IMG/VR virus record: IMGVR_UViG_3300030104_002421
Span: 64,001-128,000 of that record
Length of the DNA stretch: 64,000 nt
Direction: 5' to 3' (one strand)
Source of the DNA: a virus
Made by a program: the position numbers and the translations under genes. Positions 9,962 to 20,283 of this stretch are shown here, one piece after another; position 1 is the stretch's first letter; each line of letters opens with the position of its first letter. The notes beneath the pieces were generated by a model that was not told the DNA's origin, searched no databases, and saw nothing but the letters and a program-made list of their open reading frames with translations.

Positions 9962-10250
9962 TTACCAAGAAAATCCATCAAACGAAGTAATGGGTTTTAA
10001 AATAGAAGAAGGTACATATAAAGATGTTATCTATACTTATGGTAAAGTAAATTTTATTGAAGATGAGGAATCAGATAAGTTAAGATTGAAGTTTGAATAT
10101 GATGTACATGAGAATCCTACAAAACAAAATACGGATTCAAGTGATTTTATAAATGTCATTGGTGACATTTTAGCAATAGAAGTGGAAAGGAATCCTAGTG
10201 GTAACAGCGGAACGAATAGAGAGAACGACCCTAAAAAATCTAATACATAA
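9945..10250 (+). CDS. Conserved hypothetical protein (gp40 position)
   Basis: Lies between uvsX and gp41; acidic 101-aa ORF overlapping both neighbours. Confidence 0.55.
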   Translation: MATKYSYQENPSNEVMGFKIEEGTYKDVIYTYGKVNFIEDEESDKLRLKFEYDVHENPTKQNTDSSDFINVIGDILAIEVERNPSGNSGTNRENDPKKSNT

Positions 10251-11598
10251 CGAAGAATATACTCGTAAGGTATTACCTTTTTTAAAGGCAGAATATTTTG
10301 ATGACAGAAGCGAAAAGATAATCTTTTCTGAAATTGAAAAATTTATATCTCAATATAATAAACCACCTACAAAAGAAACACTACAGATTGATATAGGTAA
10401 AAGAAAAGACCTAAACGAAAAAGAATATCAAAATATAGTTGACTTAATTTCTACACTTAACAAAGAAGAAATAGATTTAGCGTGGTTAGTTAACACTACA
10501 GAAAAGTTTTGTAAAGACCGTGCCATTCATAATGCAGTTATGGAAGGTATTCATATCATTGATGGTAGAGATAAAAAACATACACCAGAGGCAATACCAG
10601 AAATATTAAAAGACGCTTTGGCAGTAAGTTTTGATAATAATGTCGGGCACGATTACTTATCAGATATTGAAAAACGATTTGACTTTTATCATAAGAAAGA
10701 AAATAGAATTGCTTTTGATTTAGATTACTTTAATAAAGTTACAAAAGGCGGACTCCCTAATAAAACATTGAATGTTGCTCTTGCAGGTACGGGTGTTGGT
10801 AAAACTTTATTCATGTGTCATCAGGCTGCCGCTGCCTTAGCAGATAATAAGAATGTATTGTATATCACAATGGAAATGGCAGAGGAAAGAATTGCAGAAA
10901 GAATAGACGCTAACTTATTAAATGTATCTATGGAAGATTTACATATGTTAAACAAGAAAATGTTTGCTGATAAGGTAGTAAAATTACAAAGTAAAACAAC
11001 AGGTACAGTTATCATTAAAGAATATCCAACCGCAGGTGCAGGTGCAAATCATTATAGAGCATTAGTCAATGAGTTGGCATTAAAGAAAAGTTTTAAACCA
11101 GATATTATATTCATAGACTATATTAATATTTGTGCAAGTAGTAGATTTAAGGCAGGTGCTAATGTAAACAGTTATACTTACATTAAAGCAATCGCTGAAG
11201 AATTAAGAGGATTGGCAGTAGAGTTAGATGTGCCAATTGTAACGGCAACACAAACAACAAGAACAGGTTTTGTTTCCACAGATGTAGGTTTAGAAGACAC
11301 ATCTGAAAGTTTTGGTTTACCAGCAACAGCAGACTTTATGTTTGCTTTGATTAGTAGTGAGGAATTAGAGAAGGCAGGTCAAATGCTTGTCAAACAATTA
11401 AAGAACAGATACAACGACCCAACAATGAATAGAAAGTTTATTATAGGTGTTGATAGAAGTAGAATGAAATTGTTTGATATAGAACAATCAGCACAAAATC
11501 TAATACAACCAGAACAGGAGAAATATGTCGAACACAGTATTAAAAAAGAAGAAACGCCAGAAGACAAGTACAAGAAGTTCCAAAACATCCAATTCTAA
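10198..11598 (+). CDS. gp41: Replicative DnaB-like helicase gp41
   Basis: AGTGVGKT, YITMEMAEE, IDYINI, SESFGLPATAD, KQLKNRY. Confidence 0.96.
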   Translation: MVTAERIERTTLKNLIHNEEYTRKVLPFLKAEYFDDRSEKIIFSEIEKFISQYNKPPTKETLQIDIGKRKDLNEKEYQNIVDLISTLNKEEIDLAWLVNTTEKFCKDRAIHNAVMEGIHIIDGRDKKHTPEAIPEILKDALAVSFDNNVGHDYLSDIEKRFDFYHKKENRIAFDLDYFNKVTKGGLPNKTLNVALAGTGVGKTLFMCHQAAAALADNKNVLYITMEMAEERIAERIDANLLNVSMEDLHMLNKKMFADKVVKLQSKTTGTVIIKEYPTAGAGANHYRALVNELALKKSFKPDIIFIDYINICASSRFKAGANVNSYTYIKAIAEELRGLAVELDVPIVTATQTTRTGFVSTDVGLEDTSESFGLPATADFMFALISSEELEKAGQMLVKQLKNRYNDPTMNRKFIIGVDRSRMKLFDIEQSAQNLIQPEQEKYVEHSIKKEETPEDKYKKFQNIQF

Positions 11599-11794
11599 AC
11601 TATCTTATAGTGTAAAAACTGTAAAAAAGAACAAGGATATAGTATTTGAAGTATGGCAGAAAAATTCCTTAGGCAAAGATGGTAGAGTAAGTACCTTTGA
11701 TTTTAAGAAGGACGCTAAACATTTTGCAGAATTTCACAATAAAAACCAAATATGGCGTGCAAATGGAGGTATTCCTAACTTTCTGCTTGACTAA
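11525..11794 (+). CDS. Hypothetical basic protein
   Basis: RBS AGGAG; C-terminal NGGIPNFL. Confidence 0.55.
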   Translation: MSNTVLKKKKRQKTSTRSSKTSNSKLSYSVKTVKKNKDIVFEVWQKNSLGKDGRVSTFDFKKDAKHFAEFHNKNQIWRANGGIPNFLLD

Positions 11795-11815
11795 ATAGTT
11801 CTAATAGTATATAAG
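11787..11815 (+). promoter_or_regulatory. Overlapping sigma70-like (TTGACT-N17-TATAAG) and late-like (CTAAATA) promoter
   Basis: Sequence match at the start of the late cluster. Confidence 0.4.
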
Positions 11816-11864
11816 TGTATAATTAATAAACAATAATGTTTATTATACACAATGGGAGTTATTG

Positions 11865-12923
11865 ATGTTAAGTTTTAAAGGTCACAGCGTATTATCTGAA
11901 GCACGAAGTCGTGGTGAAGAAATGGAAGAATTAATCATTGCCGCTGTCAATGGTCAAAAAGAACCTAAATCTAAATATGGCATACCTACCGGTGCAGGTA
12001 AGAATGTTGCCAAATTTCTCAAATCAAAAGGTATATCAGGCAAGGGTAAAGTCCTTGGTGCAGATACTATTACTGTAACACCAGAATGGTCAAAGTATTG
12101 GCCGGGTGGTAGTGTACCTGGTTCTACTAAAACACCTAAAACAGATTTTATCATAGGTAAGAATAAAATATCTCTAAAGTCAGGTAGTGCAGCTCAGTTA
12201 ATGAGTGGTGGTCGTAATGAAAGTATTGCGACATTTTACACGGCATTAGGTAGTGTTGAGGGTATGCAAAAGAAAATGATTGATAAACTTACTAATATGT
12301 TTGAAGGACTTGCACCAGCAAGTGTTGCCGGTTCTGAATTAGGTAAAGAAATCAAAAAAGGTAAAGATAAGGCAGTTATGCAAGCCAATCAAGCACATAA
12401 AGAATTGATGGGTGAGTTAAAAGCAATCTTTGCTAAAAACAAATCTTTTGCTAATGCATTTGCTTATGAAGCAATGTCAGGTGATGTTAAGTTTGGCCGT
12501 AAATCACCAGGTAGTTGTAGTCATTTTTTAACGACAAGTTTTGATGGCAAAAAAGCTGCATTGAAAAAAGTATCAGACAAATCTTATGTAAGTAAAATTG
12601 CTGACCAAATGAAAGTATCAGTAAGGTTTAAATCATCTAGTCAAAAAGTAGGTGGTAAGAAAACTGGTAAATACAAATACTGGTCTGCTGTAGGACTTAT
12701 TGTAGATAAACTGGAAGAAGAAATGAAACCTATTGAAGGACAAATCTTACATGAAGGTATCATGGACAAACTAAAAGGTATATACAATAGAATGAAAGAT
12801 TTTGTTGTCAAAATATTTAAAGACATAATGGCATATGTTTCAAAAGGGTTTAGAAATCTAATATCCTTTTTAGATGTAGAACCAGTTGTTGATGTTAAAA
12901 CTAGTGTAAAGATAGATGTATAG
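11865..12923 (+). CDS. Putative head-packaged protein, possible PD-(D/E)xK nuclease fold
   Basis: Leader MLSFKGHSVLSE/A; TPKTD...ISLK motif. Confidence 0.4.
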   Translation: MLSFKGHSVLSEARSRGEEMEELIIAAVNGQKEPKSKYGIPTGAGKNVAKFLKSKGISGKGKVLGADTITVTPEWSKYWPGGSVPGSTKTPKTDFIIGKNKISLKSGSAAQLMSGGRNESIATFYTALGSVEGMQKKMIDKLTNMFEGLAPASVAGSELGKEIKKGKDKAVMQANQAHKELMGELKAIFAKNKSFANAFAYEAMSGDVKFGRKSPGSCSHFLTTSFDGKKAALKKVSDKSYVSKIADQMKVSVRFKSSSQKVGGKKTGKYKYWSAVGLIVDKLEEEMKPIEGQILHEGIMDKLKGIYNRMKDFVVKIFKDIMAYVSKGFRNLISFLDVEPVVDVKTSVKIDV

Positions 12924-14151
12924 TTTAAATAATTATTTGGTTGAGGATAAAAATACTCATTTAGAACACCTAGAAGATGATATAATCAATAATGGTTATG
13001 CAGGTGGTCTTAATGCAGTTAATTTTTTGAAAGCAACGGCAGATTTACTATCAGGTAATAGTTCTAAAGGAACAAGTATTACTGTTAAATGGGACGGCGC
13101 ACCAGCAATTGTGTGTGGTCCTAATCCAGAAAATGGTAAATTTTTTGTTGGTACTAAATCTGTGTTTAATGCAACACCAAAAATTAACTATACAATACAA
13201 GATATAAAAAACAATCATACTGGCGAAGTTGCTAATATATTACAAGATTGTTTACGATATCTTTCTGGTTTAAACATGAAAGAAATATTACAAGGAGACC
13301 TGATGTACAGGTCTTCTACTTTAAAGAAAACTACTTATAAGACCTCTACTGGTAAATCTGAGCAAATGTTTTCGTTTCAACCTAATACAATTGTTTACAT
13401 GGTACCAGAAAATTCAGGTCTTGGTCGTAAGATGAACAGTAGTAAACTAGGTATTATATTTCATACAACATATAAAGGTAAGACAATGAATAAGTTGTCT
13501 GCTAAGTTTGGTGCTAATGTAAAAAAATTAAGAAGAACACCATCAGTATGGTTTGATGACGCTTCATATAAAGATGTTTCTGGTAATGCAACAATGACAA
13601 TAGGTGAAATGCAACAGTTACAAAAAACATTAAACATGGCACAAGGTAGTTTAAAACAATCTAAAGAAATGTTAAACAAAATAAAAACAGAAACAAATAC
13701 ATTATCAGTAGGTGTACAGTTGAAAACATATCTTAATAGTTTTATTAGAGCGGCAACAGATTTGCCAAGTACAAAAGAAGTATCTACAAAGTTTAGAGAA
13801 TACTATGAACAAAGAACACAAAAAGAGATTGATAGTAAGAAAACAGATAAAGGAAAAGAAAAGTATATTGATATACAAAAGACAGGTTTAAAATTTATTG
13901 ATAGTCAAGGTAAACAAGTTTACTTTGCATGTGCCACTTATAAAACTTTGCAAACAGCAAAGAAAATATTAATAGACAAGTTAAATAAAGTGAAGTCTAT
14001 AGGTACATTTAAAACAACGCCAAATGGTCTACAATCAACAAATCCAGAAGGGTATGTTGCAGTAGATAAAAAAGGCAAAGCAGTAAAGTTAGTAGATAGA
14101 ATGGAGTTTAGTTTACAAAACTTTACGGCTGCAAAAAACTGGAAGGGGTAA
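12916..14151 (+). CDS. DUF6267-like protein with ATP-dependent ligase/nucleotidyltransferase motifs
   Basis: KNTHLEHLED, motif I KWDG, QGD, EGYV, VKLVDR. Confidence 0.65.
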   Translation: MYSLNNYLVEDKNTHLEHLEDDIINNGYAGGLNAVNFLKATADLLSGNSSKGTSITVKWDGAPAIVCGPNPENGKFFVGTKSVFNATPKINYTIQDIKNNHTGEVANILQDCLRYLSGLNMKEILQGDLMYRSSTLKKTTYKTSTGKSEQMFSFQPNTIVYMVPENSGLGRKMNSSKLGIIFHTTYKGKTMNKLSAKFGANVKKLRRTPSVWFDDASYKDVSGNATMTIGEMQQLQKTLNMAQGSLKQSKEMLNKIKTETNTLSVGVQLKTYLNSFIRAATDLPSTKEVSTKFREYYEQRTQKEIDSKKTDKGKEKYIDIQKTGLKFIDSQGKQVYFACATYKTLQTAKKILIDKLNKVKSIGTFKTTPNGLQSTNPEGYVAVDKKGKAVKLVDRMEFSLQNFTAAKNWKG

Positions 14152-14153
14152 AA

Positions 14154-14999
14154 ATGTCAGGCAAAGGATTATGGCATAATATTCGCATGAAAAGAAAAGC
14201 AGGGAAACCTAAGGCGAAACCTGGTGATAAGGGATATCCTGGACCAGGTGCTTTTGATAGAGCAAAAGAAGATATCAATGTACCAATTAATGTAGGTGAT
14301 ACAGTAAAAGGTGGTAAGTTTAAGAACAAATCAATCAAAGTAAAATCTATAGGTAAGAATGATAAAGGTGATATCACAATAAACGATAAACCATTAATGA
14401 AATTTAGATTGACTACAAAAGTTGAAGCTAGAGATTATAAAGATGAATATAAAAAGTTTCAATCTTCTAAAGAAAAAATTGCTTACAGAGCAGATTTAGT
14501 AAAATACAATAGAGATAAAGGTACTTATGGAAACGGTGATGGTAAAGACGCTTCACACAAAGGTGATAAAATTGTAGGTTTTGAAGACGCTAGTAAGAAT
14601 AGAGGTAGAAAAGAAAAGAGTAGAAAAAAAGGATATAAAGAATTAAGAAAAGAACAAGTTGATGACCATGAAGTTTCTATGGCAAGAGGTGAATTACAAG
14701 TTACTGCTGACAGGTCGTTAAAACTTGTTTCTTATCTACAAGGTAAATCAGATGAAGGTAATCCTATAGAAGCATGGGTACAATCTAAAATTACCAAAGC
14801 AAAAGATTATATAACATCCGTACATGATTATTTGTTGAATAGACCAGAAGACGCCATGGAACAGGCACCAAATACTGCTGACGCTATGAAAAGACATAAG
14901 GCAGGTAAGTCAGGTTTTACAGATAAAGCACACTTGAAGGCAAAAGGTTTAATACCTAGGTCTGATGGTGAAAAAAGAAAGAGCGACAAATATAAATGA
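14154..14999 (+). CDS. Modular basic protein with an HNH-like module
   Basis: RDYKDEY...GDGKDASH...NR; modules separated by Glu-ending motifs. Confidence 0.5.
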   Translation: MSGKGLWHNIRMKRKAGKPKAKPGDKGYPGPGAFDRAKEDINVPINVGDTVKGGKFKNKSIKVKSIGKNDKGDITINDKPLMKFRLTTKVEARDYKDEYKKFQSSKEKIAYRADLVKYNRDKGTYGNGDGKDASHKGDKIVGFEDASKNRGRKEKSRKKGYKELRKEQVDDHEVSMARGELQVTADRSLKLVSYLQGKSDEGNPIEAWVQSKITKAKDYITSVHDYLLNRPEDAMEQAPNTADAMKRHKAGKSGFTDKAHLKAKGLIPRSDGEKRKSDKYK

Positions 15000-15322
15000 G
15001 AGTAATGTCATTTTTAAAATTTCAGGAAGAACCTAGAATACCTAGGAAAAAAGGACAACCTGCTGGGTCAGATAAACATTCTGATTTATATACAGATGAG
15101 AATCCAAAAGGTACTATTAAAGGTTTAGGTTTTAAAGATGTTGCAACGGCAAAAGCAAGTGTTGCTAAAATTAAAGGTTCTGGTAAATCACATGCTCATA
15201 AAATACAGGCAGCGATTGCCATGGAACAAAGAGCAAGAGTTATGGGAAAAACTGCTGAAGCGGCAGTATATAGAACTTTTATTAATGCAATGAAGAAAAA
15301 AACAAAAGAAAAAAACAAATGA
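14996..15322 (+). CDS. Conserved hypothetical basic protein
   Basis: MSFLKFQEE leader; HSDLYTDENPKGTI. Confidence 0.6.
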   Translation: MRVMSFLKFQEEPRIPRKKGQPAGSDKHSDLYTDENPKGTIKGLGFKDVATAKASVAKIKGSGKSHAHKIQAAIAMEQRARVMGKTAEAAVYRTFINAMKKKTKEKNK

Positions 15323-15984
15323 TACCATTTATATTAAAAGAAGGTTTATATGACCCAGGCATTTTCAAGGCATTTTTTCTTGCAGGTGGTCCTGGTTCAG
15401 GTAAAACTTATGTAACTAGAAAGGTAACTGGTGGTTTAGGATTAAAAAATGTTAATTCAGACGCTGCCTTTGAAACAGGTTTAAAGAAAGCAGGTCTATC
15501 TTTAAAAATGCCAGATAGTGAAAAAGAACCAAGAGATAAAGTTAGAGCAAAAGCAAAGGCATTAACACAAAAGAGTTTAGAAGGTTATATTGGTGGTCGT
15601 TTAGGTTTAGTTATTGACAGTACAGGTAGAGACTATTCTAATATTGCAAAACCAGTTATGTTATTAAAACAAATGGGATATGATTGTTATATGATATTTG
15701 TAAATACAAGTTTAGATGTTGCATTGAAAAGAAATGCCGCTAGAGATAGAACAGTTGCTCCAGATTTAGTAAAAAAAAGTTGGAATACTGTTCAACAAAA
15801 CATGGGAAAGTTCCAAAGAATATTTGGACAAAAGAATATGATTATACTTGATAATAATAATGCAAAAGAAGATGTATTATTAGGTGTGTATAAACAAGTT
15901 TTGAAGTTGGTTAAGAAACCTATTCAAAATCATATTGCGAAAAAATGGATGAAAAGAGAAGCAGAGAAAAGAAAAGCAAAATGA
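15319..15984 (+). CDS. P-loop kinase (AAA_33/zeta-toxin-like)
   Basis: LAGGPGSGKT, VNSD, LVIDSTG, ALKRNAARDR lid. Confidence 0.85.
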   Translation: MIPFILKEGLYDPGIFKAFFLAGGPGSGKTYVTRKVTGGLGLKNVNSDAAFETGLKKAGLSLKMPDSEKEPRDKVRAKAKALTQKSLEGYIGGRLGLVIDSTGRDYSNIAKPVMLLKQMGYDCYMIFVNTSLDVALKRNAARDRTVAPDLVKKSWNTVQQNMGKFQRIFGQKNMIILDNNNAKEDVLLGVYKQVLKLVKKPIQNHIAKKWMKREAEKRKAK

Positions 15985-17816
15985 AAAAGACTTTAAAAGA
16001 ATTACTATCAAAAAATGTAGGTCGTAAACAACCTGTGGTGTTCGCATTTGGCAGATTAAATCCGCCAACACAAGGACATCAAAAACTTATTGATAGAGTA
16101 ATAACAATGGCAAAACGAGTGAAAGGTTTGCCTGTTTTATATGTTAGTGCTTCACAAGATAAAAAGAAGAATCCACTAAAAGTAAAACAAAAATTAGATT
16201 ATTTAAAAAAAGTATATCCAAGAGGAATAAAATTATTACCTGCTACGAATAAGGAAAGAACCTTTATGGAAATATTAAAGAATAACTTTGATAAAAAATA
16301 TACTGATGTTTATATGATTGCAGGAAGTGATAGAGTAGCAGAATTTAAAAGATTAATTTCAAAGTATAATGGTAAAGATTATAACTTTGATACAGTAAAT
16401 GTGGTAAGTGCAGGTGAAAGAGATCCAGACGCTGAAGGTGTTTCAGGTATCTCTGCTAGTAAAATGAGGGAATTTGCCACAAAAAATGACTATAAAAATT
16501 TTAGGAGTAACCTTATGACAGGCACAAAGGAGAAGGATGCCATGAAACTATTTAAAGACCTTAAAAACCAAATGGGTGTTAGAGAAGACATGTTAGCACC
16601 TAGCGACAATGAAGAACAAAAAATAATTAGAGAAAATTACCACAACAATGAAATCTTTAATCTAAACGAATATGTGGAAAATTTAAAAGATGGAACTGTG
16701 GGTAAAATTATTAAACGAGGACCTAACTATGTACAATATGAAATGGAAGATGGTGGCGTGAAGAAAGCATGGTTAGATGACATTATACCAAGTGAAAGTT
16801 TAAATACAGAATTAACAAATGAAGATGTTGATAAGAAAAAATTAGTATTACAAAAGAATAGTAATCAATTAAAATCTTTCAAATCTTTTGATGAAGAAAT
16901 AAAAGAGTATGATGATGAAAAGAAAGGTTTACCTTTCCCTGGTTATGATAGCGCTGCTGATGCTCAAAAAACATTAGGCGTAATGAGAACTAAAAAGAAA
17001 AAAGAAAATGAAAAAAAAGATAAGAAAGATAAAGTATTTGCAATTAAAACACCGGGTCAACCAGCAATTAAAGATGTAGATGATTGGACACAAGGACCTG
17101 ATAATGCAGACCAAATTCATACAATGAGAACATTTAATCTTAAAACTCCAGGACAGGATAGAGATTATAGTAAACTTGTTACAACAAGAAAGTTCCAAAA
17201 GTTTGAAAGTAATGATAAGACAAGACAGGATCCAGATGTAAAAGATAAAAAAGGTACACAACCTGCCAAGTATTATTCTGGTTTAGCAAAATCAACAAAA
17301 TCTGCTAGAGACGCTCATTTCAAAAAGAAGACAAAGGTTGATGATGACAACCCAGCAGCATATACACCGGCACCTGGCGATAGTAAAGGTAAAACTAAAC
17401 CATCAGTACATACAAAGAAGTTTAAACAAATGTATGGCGAAGAACCTGAATACATTAATGCTAATGATGTTAAAGAGTGGGCATTAGAGACAACCACTAT
17501 CAACAAGTTCAAAGACCGTTATCAAACGGAGTGGAGAATTGAGTTAGATAAAGCAGTAGCAGAAATGTTAGAACAAGTAAAGATGGAAGAAAGTAAAGAA
17601 GCAGGTCTTAAAAAGAAAGCAGAAAAATCTGGTATGCCAATTGGTGTATTAAGAAAAGTATATAATAGAGGCATGGCTGCATGGCGTACAGGACATAGAC
17701 CTGGTACTACACCACAACAATGGGCAATGGCAAGAGTTAATTCTTTTGTAACAAAGTCAAGTGGAACATGGGGTAAAGCAGACGCTGACTTAGCAAAACA
17801 AGTGAGAGGTAAGTAA
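15981..17816 (+). CDS. Cytidyltransferase-family (HxGH) nucleotidyltransferase with C-terminal modules
   Basis: FGRLNPPTQGH, AGSDR, SASKMR; C-terminal VYNRGMAAW...QWAMARVNSF module. Confidence 0.8.
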   Translation: MKKTLKELLSKNVGRKQPVVFAFGRLNPPTQGHQKLIDRVITMAKRVKGLPVLYVSASQDKKKNPLKVKQKLDYLKKVYPRGIKLLPATNKERTFMEILKNNFDKKYTDVYMIAGSDRVAEFKRLISKYNGKDYNFDTVNVVSAGERDPDAEGVSGISASKMREFATKNDYKNFRSNLMTGTKEKDAMKLFKDLKNQMGVREDMLAPSDNEEQKIIRENYHNNEIFNLNEYVENLKDGTVGKIIKRGPNYVQYEMEDGGVKKAWLDDIIPSESLNTELTNEDVDKKKLVLQKNSNQLKSFKSFDEEIKEYDDEKKGLPFPGYDSAADAQKTLGVMRTKKKKENEKKDKKDKVFAIKTPGQPAIKDVDDWTQGPDNADQIHTMRTFNLKTPGQDRDYSKLVTTRKFQKFESNDKTRQDPDVKDKKGTQPAKYYSGLAKSTKSARDAHFKKKTKVDDDNPAAYTPAPGDSKGKTKPSVHTKKFKQMYGEEPEYINANDVKEWALETTTINKFKDRYQTEWRIELDKAVAEMLEQVKMEESKEAGLKKKAEKSGMPIGVLRKVYNRGMAAWRTGHRPGTTPQQWAMARVNSFVTKSSGTWGKADADLAKQVRGK

Positions 17817-17817
17817 T

Positions 17818-18168
17818 ATGAAAACTCTAAAACAAGTAGAAGAAATTGATTTAGTATGTGAGGGTATGGTTTATGAACATGAACAAGAAGGTATACAAGA
17901 GGCAGAATATCAAGGTAAAAAAGTAAATCTTAATGACCCTGTTCGTTCATCTGGTGGTCCTAAAAAGTTTCATGTGTATGTTAAGAATGCTAAAGGTAAT
18001 GTTGTTAAGGTTAATTTTGGTGATCCTAATATGAGTATTAACCGTGATGACCCTGGTGCGAGAAAAAGTTTCCGTGCTAGACATAATTGTGACCAGAAAA
18101 AAGATAAGACAACCGCAGGTTATTGGTCATGTTATCAATGGCGTGCAGGCGCTAAGGTTGATAATTAG
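17818..18168 (+). CDS. Conserved hypothetical protein
   Basis: MKTLKQV leader; VNFGDPNM, RKSFRARHNC, AGYWSC. Confidence 0.65.
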   Translation: MKTLKQVEEIDLVCEGMVYEHEQEGIQEAEYQGKKVNLNDPVRSSGGPKKFHVYVKNAKGNVVKVNFGDPNMSINRDDPGARKSFRARHNCDQKKDKTTAGYWSCYQWRAGAKVDN

Positions 18169-18176
18169 TATAAATA
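18169..18176 (+). promoter_or_regulatory. T4-type late promoter TATAAATA
   Basis: Exact intergenic match followed by RBS GGAG. Confidence 0.75.
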
Positions 18177-18194
18177 GTAACACGGAGAGAATAA

Positions 18195-19562
18195 ATGACC
18201 AGATATAGTACAACCATGGCACAAATCCAAGAGCAGATGATGTTTGAGGAGTATATTGATGGCGTCCTTCAATTAGATGACGAGGCGTTTAATGAATATT
18301 ACGATAGTTTGGATAGTGACCAACAACAAGAATTAGAAGAAGTAATTGGTAAAATTGCAAAAGGAATAGGCAAGGTTGCTGTATCTCCTATTACATTGCC
18401 ATTTAAGGCAGTAAAAGGTATTGCAAAAGGTGTTAAGAAGGTGGCAACATCTTCTCCTGTAAAGAAAGCTGCAGGTGCAATCGCTAGAGGTGCAGGTAAA
18501 GCAGCTGCCGCTGGTGCTAAAGGTGCAGTCGCAGGTGTAAAAAAAGGTATCAATAGATTATCTGTATCAGGTAGAGCAGACGCTGCTAAAAAGAAGGCAG
18601 ATAAAATCGCAAAGAGAAACCAAGAAAGAGAAAGACTGGCAAGAGAAAAAGATAGAGTAGACCAGGAACGCCAAAAAGCAAGAGACGCTATGAAGAAAGA
18701 CATAGAAAGAGAAAAAACTACCTCTGCTGAATATGATCCTAAAAAAGATAAAGAAAAAAAGGACATGAAAGAAGAAGACATAGAAGAAAAATTTAAACCA
18801 ACTGCTGGTGAGTTATATGTAGTAACTGCTGGCCCAGGTGATAATGCACAAAAAGTTATTGGCACAAATAAAGATTTGAAGAAAGCTCAAAAGATGAGAG
18901 ACGATTATAATAAAAAGAATAAACCAAGTAAACCGTCTCACAAAGCAAGAGTTTATGCACAGACTAGGGCATCACAACCTGCAAATAAATTTAAAACTGG
19001 TGATAAAATTATGTATTCTACATATGGCAACAAAGCACAGTTTACAAAAGTTAAAGAAAACTTTTTTAAAGAAGAAGTAGAAGACATAGAAGAATTTTCT
19101 GATAGTCAAATCAAAAGGTTACAAAAAGAATATGAACCTTTGAGAGGTAAAGAAACTGGTGTGAATCCACAAAAGTTTGCTAAGCTTCGTAAGATGATGA
19201 AACGAATGAAGAAACCTCAATTAATGGCGCTAGTAAAAGCAAACATACCAATTCTAACATCAGCTGCGAAAGCAAGTTTGGTTATTAATCATGGTATGAA
19301 ATGGTCGTCATTACCAGAAGATTTTTTACCTTATATAGAGGTGTTCGCTGATGATACATTAGATGAACAAAAATCAAAATTTAAAAGTGTTGATACAAAA
19401 GTTTTACAAAGAGTAAGTAAAATGATGAGAGGCACAAAACAAGAGAAACAATCAATAGCAAATATGCTAAATTATTTCATGCCACCTGAAGTGGTTGATA
19501 TGATTAGAGACAAGTTTGGCATTAAAATGCCAAGAGGTAAAATAAAATTTACTGATTTATAA
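18195..19562 (+). CDS. Modular low-complexity protein, putative internal head protein
   Basis: Lys/Ala-rich amphipathic block; repeated ELEE/DIEE/TLDE junctions. Confidence 0.55.
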   Translation: MTRYSTTMAQIQEQMMFEEYIDGVLQLDDEAFNEYYDSLDSDQQQELEEVIGKIAKGIGKVAVSPITLPFKAVKGIAKGVKKVATSSPVKKAAGAIARGAGKAAAAGAKGAVAGVKKGINRLSVSGRADAAKKKADKIAKRNQERERLAREKDRVDQERQKARDAMKKDIEREKTTSAEYDPKKDKEKKDMKEEDIEEKFKPTAGELYVVTAGPGDNAQKVIGTNKDLKKAQKMRDDYNKKNKPSKPSHKARVYAQTRASQPANKFKTGDKIMYSTYGNKAQFTKVKENFFKEEVEDIEEFSDSQIKRLQKEYEPLRGKETGVNPQKFAKLRKMMKRMKKPQLMALVKANIPILTSAAKASLVINHGMKWSSLPEDFLPYIEVFADDTLDEQKSKFKSVDTKVLQRVSKMMRGTKQEKQSIANMLNYFMPPEVVDMIRDKFGIKMPRGKIKFTDL

Positions 19563-19574
19563 AGGGAGACTAAA

Positions 19575-20282
19575 ATGACTGACAAAAAAATAAAAGGCTG
19601 GAATAGTTCGTATTTTGGCGAAGCAAAACCAGGAAGTTTGAAAGATGTAATACAAAATATTACTAACAAACAAAATGCATTAGTAGGTGATAAACCTGTT
19701 GTTGCAGACCCAATTACACCTGAACAAGTAGCAAACAAAGAAAAGTTTAATACTGAAGCAAAATATACTGTTTCTATTGAAACAAATAAAAACGATAAAT
19801 CTGATGACGGTGAAGGCTTAGACGCTGTACAACCTAAAGCAGTAAAGAAGAAGTTTAAAGATAGAAAAGACAAAGACATTGACAATGATGGTGATGTAGA
19901 TAGTTCAGATAAATTTCTTCACAAAAGACGAAAAGCAATCTCAAAGGCAGTAAAAAAAGATGAAGGCGCTATGAAGCGTGGTGACCATTTAGATACTTTT
20001 AAACCTAAACCTAAAAAAGAAAAACATAAACCAGGACATGATGAAGATGAAAAAGGTAAAGATAAGAATGGTGTAAAGGTTCATGGTGAACAAGCTGACA
20101 AATGGGAAGCAGTAAGAGCATTTAAAGTATCATCTATGAAAGACGCTTTAGCAAAAGTATATGCTGAAAAATTAGAAGATGATGATACACCAGAGGTAAA
20201 AGATACTATCAAAGGTCTTAAAAAAGCAAGTCAATCACATGCTAAACAGGCTAAATCTTTAGAAAAACAAATTAAAGATTAA
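19575..20282 (+). CDS. Charged modular protein, putative internal head protein
   Basis: EF-hand-like DIDNDGDVDSSD..L..RRKAI module. Confidence 0.55.
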   Translation: MTDKKIKGWNSSYFGEAKPGSLKDVIQNITNKQNALVGDKPVVADPITPEQVANKEKFNTEAKYTVSIETNKNDKSDDGEGLDAVQPKAVKKKFKDRKDKDIDNDGDVDSSDKFLHKRRKAISKAVKKDEGAMKRGDHLDTFKPKPKKEKHKPGHDEDEKGKDKNGVKVHGEQADKWEAVRAFKVSSMKDALAKVYAEKLEDDDTPEVKDTIKGLKKASQSHAKQAKSLEKQIKD

Positions 20283-20283
20283 C

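Noticed and set aside
15319-15984. Zeta toxin-antitoxin module
   Set aside because: Only generic P-loop kinase motifs are present, with no epsilon/HTH partner.
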